Of a DNA stretch of 31,720 nt, positions 25,381 to 31,720 are shown piece after piece; positions within the stretch are counted from its first letter, which is position 1; each line of letters opens with the position of its first letter. Origin of the DNA: Pseudomonadota bacterium (GTDB lineage Bacteria; Desulfobacterota; Desulfobacteria; Desulfobacterales; C00003060). The stretch spans positions 1-31,720 of the forward strand of contig JADFWI010000071.1 of the NCBI GenBank assembly GCA_015222985.1. The letters run 5' to 3'. A program made the translations under genes and the position numbers. The notes under the pieces were generated by a model. That model was not told where the DNA came from, searched no databases, and saw only the letters and a list, made by a program, of their open reading frames with translations.

Positions 25381-26118
25381 ATGGATACCGACAACAAGAA
25401 CAAGGAAGGTCAGATATCCGAAGATGCTGGGGATCTCTCATTGTCATATGATGATGAGAATCTCGTGATGGAGGGATCCGGAAATGAACCTGGTTCATCG
25501 GAAGACCTTTTTCTTGAGACAGAAGCCGAGGGGGAAGACGAAGTCATTGAACTGGTCGATGCCGTGACAGAGGAGTCGGAAGGCCAAGATGTCTTGGAAT
25601 TGACTGACCGGGTTGAGGACCAAGGTTCTCAGGCCGAGGAAGAGGATTTGTTGGAGTTTTCAGGGGCTGAGCTTGCTCCCGATGAGCCTGATGAAGATGG
25701 CCTCGCAGAAGATGTTGGCATGGAGATTACCGAGGAGCGCCCCGAGATGCCTGTTGCCGAGGAACCAGTAGACGATTTGGAGATATCCCAGGACCTCCGA
25801 GATGCCGCAGTTGAAGGGGACGAAATCCCAGAAGATCTTGGAGGATTCGGTGAATCAGATGTAGAAGAGGATGCCGGTGAACTGGTGGAGCCGTCGGTTT
25901 CATATCCTGAGCAGGGGCTGGTTTCAGAAGCTGGAGCGCAACCGGCCGATAAGGCGCTGGAACCCGCGATTCTTGAAAGGCTTTCTGACGAAAGGATAGA
26001 AGAAATCGTTACGCGTGTAGCAAGGGAAGCAGTAGAGAAAAAGGCCGATCGAATACTCCTTGAAGTTGCCGAGGCAGCCATTGCAAAGGAGATAGAAAGA
26101 ATCAAACAAGCGCTTTGA
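25381..26118 (+). CDS. Highly acidic, largely disordered protein with a C-terminal PopZ/RomR-type helical domain
   Basis: 245 aa from ATG 25381 (AAAGGA upstream); 81 D/E (about 33%) by hand count. Motifs 'EDEVIELVD' and 'DVLELTD'. C-terminus 'LSDERIEEIVTRVAREAVEKKADRILLEVAEAAIAKEIERIK'. Confidence 0.8.
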   Translation: MDTDNKNKEGQISEDAGDLSLSYDDENLVMEGSGNEPGSSEDLFLETEAEGEDEVIELVDAVTEESEGQDVLELTDRVEDQGSQAEEEDLLEFSGAELAPDEPDEDGLAEDVGMEITEERPEMPVAEEPVDDLEISQDLRDAAVEGDEIPEDLGGFGESDVEEDAGELVEPSVSYPEQGLVSEAGAQPADKALEPAILERLSDERIEEIVTRVAREAVEKKADRILLEVAEAAIAKEIERIKQAL

Positions 26119-26162
26119 TGGGCGAATGGGTTCCTGGAAATAGACGGTGCAATGAATGACTC

Positions 26163-26196
26163 AGGGGGTTAAGTCTGTTAATCCCCTTTTATATTT
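26163..26196 (+). terminator. Possible intrinsic terminator after the acidic protein gene
   Basis: AGGGGGTTAA-GTCTG-TTAATCCCCT, a 10 bp stem with one G-U pair, followed by TTTATATTT. Confidence 0.5.
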
Positions 26197-26263
26197 CAGT
26201 TTGGGAAACTTGGTCCTTTGGACCAGGTTAGAGTCATTGGTTTTGTCATACTTGGTTCCATCG

Positions 26264-26366
26264 AAATGCCAAAAGTGCCTAAAATGCCAAAAGTGCCTAA
26301 AGTTAAGAACAGAACGTGCAACCCCGATTTTAGGCATTTTACAATTTTAGGCATTCTAGGCATTTT
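26264..26366. repeat. Inverted pair of 9-nt-unit tandem arrays (TGCCTAAAA-like / TTTTAGGCA) upstream of valS
   Basis: AAATGCCAAAAGTGCCTA x2 (26264-26299) faces TTTTAGGCA-TTTTACAA-TTTTAGGCA-TTCTAGGCA (26328-26362) across a ~25 nt spacer. Confidence 0.8.
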
Positions 26367-26474
26367 TTTCTCAGGCACTCATGAGTTTGCGAAGCGCCAG
26401 GCCCCCTCAGGGGGCCAGATCAAGGCCATGTCCCCTGGGCATGAATTCTTTACCAGTTTTGGGAGCACGATTAG

Positions 26475-29180
26475 ATGAGTTCGGATATACTCAAGAAGGG
26501 CTACGAACCACAAGAGGTGGAAGAACGATGGTATGCATATTGGGAAAAGGAAGGCCTCTTTGCAGCCGGGGAAGTTAGCGCCGGAGAACCCTTTTCGATT
26601 GTCATCCCACCGCCCAACGTGACCGGGGTCCTGCACATGGGCCATGCCCACAACAACACATTGCAGGACATCCTTTGTCGCTATCGCCGCATGCAAGGTT
26701 ACAATGTGCTTTGGATGCCGGGGACGGACCATGCCGGCATTGCTACCCAGAATGTTGTGGAAAAGGGCTTGGCTACGGAAGGAAAAGACCGGCACAGCCT
26801 GGGGCGTGAGGAATTCATCAAAACGGTGTGGCAGTGGAGGGAGCAATACGGCGGCCTGATCATCAAGCAGTTGAAGCGCCTGGGGGCTTCGTGCGACTGG
26901 GCTCGTGAGCGCTTCACCATGGACGATGGGCTGTCTAAGGCCGTAAGGACTGTCTTTGTGAAGCTCTTTGAACAAGGCCTGGTTTATCAAGGCAACTATA
27001 TCATCAATTGGTGCCCTCGTTGCCAAACAGCCCTGTCAGACCTGGAAGTGGACCACGAGGACCACAACGGACACCTGTACTACATCAGGTATCCCTTTGA
27101 AAACGGAGAGGGCGGAGTTGTTGTGGCAACCACCCGCCCTGAGACCATGCTGGGTGATACAGCGGTGGCAGTCAATCCCAAAGACCAGCGCTACAGTGCA
27201 CAGGAACGCACAAACGTGATACTGCCCCTGATGAACAGAAAAATCCCCATTATTTTTGACGAATATGTTGACATGAGATTCGGAACCGGCGCCCTGAAAA
27301 TTACTCCTGCACACGATCCCCATGACTTTGAGATAGGTCAGCGTCACAACCTTGACTCGATAAAGGTGATAGACAGCGATGGCTGCATGAATGAGAACGC
27401 AGGCCCTTTCCATGGAAAGGATCGTTTCAGATGCAGGGAAGAGGTGCTCGATGCCCTCAAAAGGGAAGGCCTTCTCGAGAAGGTAGAGTCATACCAGCAC
27501 AGCGTGGGACATTGCTACCGGTGTCGAACAACCGTAGAGCCCTATCTGTCCAAGCAGTGGTTTGTCAGGGTCGAGCCCCTTGCAAAAAAGGCCATTGCCG
27601 CGGTCCAGAGGGGGGACACCCGTATCATACCGGACACGTGGACCAAGACATATTTTGAGTGGATGAACAATATCAAGGACTGGTGTATCTCACGGCAAAT
27701 CTGGTGGGGCCATCGTATCCCGGCCTGGACATGTGAGGCCTGCGGTGAACTGATCGTGGCCATGGATCCGCCCGAAGCGTGCCCTGCCTGTGAGGGCAGC
27801 GCCCTTGTTCAGGAGTCCGACGTTCTGGACACCTGGTTCAGCTCTGCGCTCTGGCCTTTTTCAACCATGGGCTGGCCTGACGATACCCGGACCTTAAAGA
27901 CCTTTTACCCGACCTCCGTCTTGGTTACCGGGTTTGACATCCTTTTTTTCTGGGTTGCACGAATGATGATGATGGGGCTCCATTTTATGGGGGAGGTCCC
28001 CTTCAGGGATGTATATATTCACGCTCTGGTCAGGGATGCTGAGGGGAAAAAGATGAGCAAATCAAAGGGAAATGTCATCGATCCTCTCTATGTGATCAAC
28101 GAGTTTGGCACGGATGCCTTAAGGTTTACCCTGGCGGCCTTTGCAGCCCAGGGACGGGACATAAAACTATCCGAGGAGAGGATAGAAGGCTACCGTCACT
28201 TTATCAACAAGCTTTGGAACGCTTCCCGCTTTTCCCTTATGCATCTGAAGGATTTCGATCCCGATTCCTTCAAAATGATCGACCGGGATCTTTCACTGGC
28301 AGATAGATGGATTCTTGCCAGGCTAAACGGTGTGATCGAAACTGTGACACAAACCCTTGATGAGTACAAATTCAACGAAGCAGCAGGCGCCATTTATCAG
28401 TTTGTGTGGCATGAATTCTGTGACTGGTACCTGGAAATCATCAAGCCAGTGCTCTACGGACATGAGTCGGCAGAAGGTTCCGGTAACGGGTCAGGGGAGG
28501 GCGCCGAGCCCTCGGGGCGTAAGACCGCCTTGTTTACGCTTTGGTCGGTTTTGAACGAGATCCTGCGTTTGCTCCATCCTTTTGTCCCGTTTGTTACCGA
28601 GGAGATCTGGGATAAACTTCCCGGCGCTGAAGGCTCAATCATGAGAGCGGAATTTCCTGCGAGCGCGAAGGAGCGATATGACGCAGAGGCTGAAAGGAGC
28701 ATGAACCTCCTCATGGGCATCACAAACGGCATACGCAATATCAGGGGTGAGATGAACGTTCCTCCATCCTTGCTTGTGGAGGCCACTGTTCAGTCCCCTG
28801 ACGAGAAGATGCGCCAGACTCTTGACAAACACCGCAATATCATTGTCAACCTGGCAAAGCTGGCGCGTTTGGAGGTAACGCCGCCTGGCGAGAGACCGGC
28901 CTCATGTGCCACTTCCGTCTTTGGCAACAGCACCATATTTGTCTCCTTGAAGGACATCATAGATTTCAAGGCCGAAGAAGAGCGTCTGAGCAAAGGGATT
29001 GCGAAAATTACCAAAGAGCTGGAGGGCGTTGAAAGAAAATTGAACAACGAGGCTTTCCTCACCAGGGCCCCACAAGATGTCGTGGAAGGAGTACGAGCAA
29101 AGCAGGAAGACTTTTTGGAAAAGAAAGACAGATTGGAAGAGCACTTGAGGACCGTGTGCCGGATTGCCGGTGATTCATGA
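26475..29180 (+). CDS. valS: Valine--tRNA ligase
   Basis: 'IPPPNVTGVLHMGHA' (HIGH), 'DHAGIATQ', 'VATTRPETMLGDTAVAV', 'DWCISRQIWWGHRIP', 'DVLDTWFSSALWPF', 'KMSKSKGN', and a C-terminal coiled coil. Confidence 0.99.
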   Translation: MSSDILKKGYEPQEVEERWYAYWEKEGLFAAGEVSAGEPFSIVIPPPNVTGVLHMGHAHNNTLQDILCRYRRMQGYNVLWMPGTDHAGIATQNVVEKGLATEGKDRHSLGREEFIKTVWQWREQYGGLIIKQLKRLGASCDWARERFTMDDGLSKAVRTVFVKLFEQGLVYQGNYIINWCPRCQTALSDLEVDHEDHNGHLYYIRYPFENGEGGVVVATTRPETMLGDTAVAVNPKDQRYSAQERTNVILPLMNRKIPIIFDEYVDMRFGTGALKITPAHDPHDFEIGQRHNLDSIKVIDSDGCMNENAGPFHGKDRFRCREEVLDALKREGLLEKVESYQHSVGHCYRCRTTVEPYLSKQWFVRVEPLAKKAIAAVQRGDTRIIPDTWTKTYFEWMNNIKDWCISRQIWWGHRIPAWTCEACGELIVAMDPPEACPACEGSALVQESDVLDTWFSSALWPFSTMGWPDDTRTLKTFYPTSVLVTGFDILFFWVARMMMMGLHFMGEVPFRDVYIHALVRDAEGKKMSKSKGNVIDPLYVINEFGTDALRFTLAAFAAQGRDIKLSEERIEGYRHFINKLWNASRFSLMHLKDFDPDSFKMIDRDLSLADRWILARLNGVIETVTQTLDEYKFNEAAGAIYQFVWHEFCDWYLEIIKPVLYGHESAEGSGNGSGEGAEPSGRKTALFTLWSVLNEILRLLHPFVPFVTEEIWDKLPGAEGSIMRAEFPASAKERYDAEAERSMNLLMGITNGIRNIRGEMNVPPSLLVEATVQSPDEKMRQTLDKHRNIIVNLAKLARLEVTPPGERPASCATSVFGNSTIFVSLKDIIDFKAEEERLSKGIAKITKELEGVERKLNNEAFLTRAPQDVVEGVRAKQEDFLEKKDRLEEHLRTVCRIAGDS

Positions 29181-30007
29181 TTGGGAAAAATGAAAGACTG
29201 ATTCGCCTGGCCCTTGAAGAAGATATTGGACCGGGAGATGTCACAACCGACACGCTGATCGAACCCGATCGTGTGGAAAGGGCGACAATTGTTGCCAAAG
29301 AGTCCTTTGTCTTGGCCGGGCTTGAGTTGGCCCAGGAGGTCTTTAGGAGCCTTGACTCTGCCATGAGTTTTGACACGAGCTCTCATGATGGCGACTCTAT
29401 CGAAAGTGGTGATGAAATCCTTAAGGTGACTGGCAAGCTTCATGCCCTTCTTACCGGGGAACGAACGGCCCTAAATTTTCTCCAGCGCCTCTCAGGGATT
29501 GCCACCTTTACACGCAAGTTCGTGGATAGAACAAGGGGTGCCGGGGTCAGGATTACCGATACCCGAAAGACAACGCCTGGATGGCGTAAGCTGGAAAAGT
29601 ACGCTGTAAGGATGGGAGGAGCCCGCAACCACCGCTTCGGACTCTATGACGGCATCCTTATAAAGGACAATCATATTAAGGCCTGCGGCGGGATCACCGA
29701 GGCAGTGGAACGCGTTCGAAAGAACCAGGGGCAATTTCTTCGTATCGAGGTGGAGGTTACGGACCTGAAGGAGGTCGAGGAGGCCCTCAAAAGCGGTGTG
29801 GACATCATTATGCTTGACAATATGGACATAAACGGGATAAAGAGATCAATTGGGTTTATTGGCGACCGGGCTCTAGTCGAAGTATCCGGAGGCGTAAGCT
29901 TGGACTCGGTAGCTGAACTAGCCGCCACCGGTGTGGACATCATTTCCATAGGCGCCTTAACCCATTCGGCAAGGGCCGTGGACATAAGCATGCGAGTCAT
30001 GGAGTAA
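29177..30007 (+). CDS. nadC: Nicotinate-nucleotide diphosphorylase (carboxylating), quinolinate phosphoribosyltransferase
   Basis: 'ALEEDIGPGDVTT', 'ERTALNFLQRLSGIAT', 'DTRKTTPG', 'NHRFGLYDGILIKDNHI', 'IEVEV', 'IIMLDNM', 'EVSGG'. ATGA overlap with valS. Confidence 0.98.
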   Translation: MIGKNERLIRLALEEDIGPGDVTTDTLIEPDRVERATIVAKESFVLAGLELAQEVFRSLDSAMSFDTSSHDGDSIESGDEILKVTGKLHALLTGERTALNFLQRLSGIATFTRKFVDRTRGAGVRITDTRKTTPGWRKLEKYAVRMGGARNHRFGLYDGILIKDNHIKACGGITEAVERVRKNQGQFLRIEVEVTDLKEVEEALKSGVDIIMLDNMDINGIKRSIGFIGDRALVEVSGGVSLDSVAELAATGVDIISIGALTHSARAVDISMRVME

Positions 30008-30079
30008 TCGGTTGATGAACAACATTTTCGTGGTAGGTGTGTCTTTTTTTCATTCCGGCTGGTCCGGGTTAGGTAGTGT

Positions 30080-31126
30080 GTGATGAGATACTGCGCAATA
30101 GAATATGCCATTCCCAGCAAGCTTGTAACCAATACTGAAATTATTCAGGAAATCGTTTTCAGGAGCAAACGTTATCTAACGGAGAAGGCGCTGAATTTGC
30201 TGGAATCTAAGATGGAGGAACTGTTCGAAAAAGCAGTCACCTCGGTGCGATATCACCGTGCGAAAAACGAACGGGCCATCCAGTTTGGCATTGAGGCTGG
30301 CATGAATGCCTTAAAGTCAGCCAACATGTCTCCCAAGGATATTGATCTCTTGATATACGTTGGCGTTGGAAGAGGGTATATTGAGCCTGCAACTGCCAAT
30401 GTTTTTCAGAAAATGCTTAAACTGAAGAAAGCCACTTGTTTTGACATACTGGATGCCTGTGCAAGCTGGCTCAGGGCGATTCATGTGGCCCATTCGTTCA
30501 TAAAGACCGGCATGTACAAGAATGTGATGATCTTAAACTGCGAGTTCAACTTCCGGGAGTATGCCAATTTTGAGTTCAGGTCCATAAAAGATATTGAGTT
30601 CAATTTCCCCACGTTTACGATTGGAGAAGCGGCAACGGCCACAATTGTCACTGATTCAGAAGCGGATGATGAGTACTACACCTCTTTCAGGACGTGGGGA
30701 GACCGTCATAACCTGTGTAAAATACCGCTTCCCCATTTCAGCGAATATAGCGATGGCGAGCTAAGAAATGAAATTGAACCTCTGAGGTTTTTCTCCTATG
30801 GCGAGAAGATATTTCGATTTGTGTTTGCGAGATTATGTAAGCACTACCGTGAAGACACGGTAGTGAATAATTTCAAGCACGAAATCGTCTTTAGCCATGC
30901 TGCCAGCGATGCAATGAGCGACAGAGTAATCAAGTCGTGCAAGCTGGGCGAAAACAAGGGTTACAACACTCACAAACGATTTGGAAACACGGTCTCTGCT
31001 TCAGTGCCCTTGGCTATGGCTTGTGCCATGAAAGACGGGAAGTTAAAGAACAACACCAACGTCCTCACCGGTTTCGGGTCTGCCGGTGTTTCTACTGCAT
31101 GGTCCAAGTTCAAGTTTCTAACCTGA
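30080..31126 (+). CDS. FabH/OleA-like thiolase-fold condensing enzyme (KAS III family)
   Basis: 'RGYIEPATA' (E102), 'TCFDILDAC' (C127), 'FTIGEAATA', 'FSHAAS' (H273), 'FGNTVSASVP' (N303), 'GFGSAG'. Confidence 0.88.
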   Translation: MMRYCAIEYAIPSKLVTNTEIIQEIVFRSKRYLTEKALNLLESKMEELFEKAVTSVRYHRAKNERAIQFGIEAGMNALKSANMSPKDIDLLIYVGVGRGYIEPATANVFQKMLKLKKATCFDILDACASWLRAIHVAHSFIKTGMYKNVMILNCEFNFREYANFEFRSIKDIEFNFPTFTIGEAATATIVTDSEADDEYYTSFRTWGDRHNLCKIPLPHFSEYSDGELRNEIEPLRFFSYGEKIFRFVFARLCKHYREDTVVNNFKHEIVFSHAASDAMSDRVIKSCKLGENKGYNTHKRFGNTVSASVPLAMACAMKDGKLKNNTNVLTGFGSAGVSTAWSKFKFLT

Positions 31127-31720
31127 TTGACTCAACTCTTTGGATCGCCGGGCAGCCGCTTGAACGGCGTCCTGCAGATGCCCCTTCACCTTATGACGGT
31201 CCAGCACATTGATGGCCGCCTCAGTAGTGCCTCCTTTTGACGTCACGTTTTTTCTAAGTGAAACCGCAGCCTCCCCCGTTTTTTCCAAGAGCTTTACCGA
31301 TCCTTTGATCGTCTCAAGTGTCAGGGTCAGTGCGTGTGAGGGTCTCAGTCCAAGTCTCGCTCCAACTTCTACCAGCGACTCTATCACGTAAAAGATGTAG
31401 GCTGGCCCGGAACCACTCAGGGCAGTCACGGCATCTAGGTCTTCCTCTTCGAATTCAATGACTTTCCCAATGGCCTCCAAGATCATGCGGGCAATACTAA
31501 GATCCGATTCCTTTGCATAGCGATTGCCGCTCATGCCAGCCATGCCTGCCAAGACCAGGGCTGGAGTGTTGGGCATAACGCGGATGATGGGGAGTAGTCC
31601 CTTTGAGTTCCGATCCAATGAGGGATATAGGTGTTCTTCTATCCTTTTGATGGGAAAACCAGCGGCAATGGAGATGATGAGCTTGAGACCTCTTATGGTT
31701 TGCGGAAATGTCCTGGAAAG
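31118..31720 (-). CDS. proC: Pyrroline-5-carboxylate reductase, 3' part (5' end lies outside the window)
   Basis: The frame is open to the window edge. 'LIISIAAG', 'IIRVMPNTPALV', 'DAVTALSGSGPAY', 'LRKNVTSKGGTTEAA', 'AAARRSKEL'. Confidence 0.97.
   Translation of the reverse strand, partial: LSRTFPQTIRGLKLIISIAAGFPIKRIEEHLYPSLDRNSKGLLPIIRVMPNTPALVLAGMAGMSGNRYAKESDLSIARMILEAIGKVIEFEEEDLDAVTALSGSGPAYIFYVIESLVEVGARLGLRPSHALTLTLETIKGSVKLLEKTGEAAVSLRKNVTSKGGTTEAAINVLDRHKVKGHLQDAVQAAARRSKELSQSG

Noticed and set aside
25629-26105. Ser-rich 158 aa minus-strand ORF
   Set aside because: It is the mirror image of the Glu/Asp/Ala-rich codons of the acidic protein.
26264-26366. CRISPR array interpretation of this repeat or the one at 8072-8191
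   Set aside because: The units are 7-18 nt, contiguous and without unique spacers, and there are no cas genes.
26196-26478. ORFs with MPKVPKMPKVPK or KMPRMPK repeats
   Set aside because: These are translations of the 9-nt DNA repeat array and have no SD or coding context.

Overview
A roughly 50% GC chromosomal segment whose gene content and order suggest a Desulfobacterota (deltaproteobacterial, sulfate-reducer-like) genome; this assignment is an inference. It opens with a c-di-GMP-I riboswitch ahead of a ~1080 aa multi-Ig/FN3 surface protein (choice-of-anchor U domain, abbreviated CFI-box-like C-terminus). A tightly packed seven-gene minus-strand cluster follows: HIT, divergent TrpF-like, hypothetical, SAM methyltransferase, membrane protein, MORN-repeat membrane protein and AI-2E permease. 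Next come carbohydrate and isoprenoid genes (malQ, rfbC, ispF, DUF3524/GTDC1-like glycosyltransferase, gpmI, CBM48 protein, ispD). The minus-strand core run is dnaG-rpoD-tRNA-Ile2(CAU)-nif3-zinc ribbon-RNase P RNA-HPr fusion. The plus-strand run is dgt, an acidic PopZ/RomR-like protein, valS, nadC and an orphan OleA/FabH-like enzyme, ending at the 3' part of proC. Three different small palindromic or repeat elements sit in intergenic gaps. No transposase, phage gene or CRISPR array is seen. Best candidates for undescribed biology are the PopZ-like polar scaffold upstream of valS, the bacterial homolog of the queuosine mannosyltransferase GTDC1/QTMAN, the large HPr-fusion protein, the TrpF paralog lacking its catalytic Cys, and the orphan OleA-like condensing enzyme. 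Family assignments come from motif recognition by eye; no database search was run.
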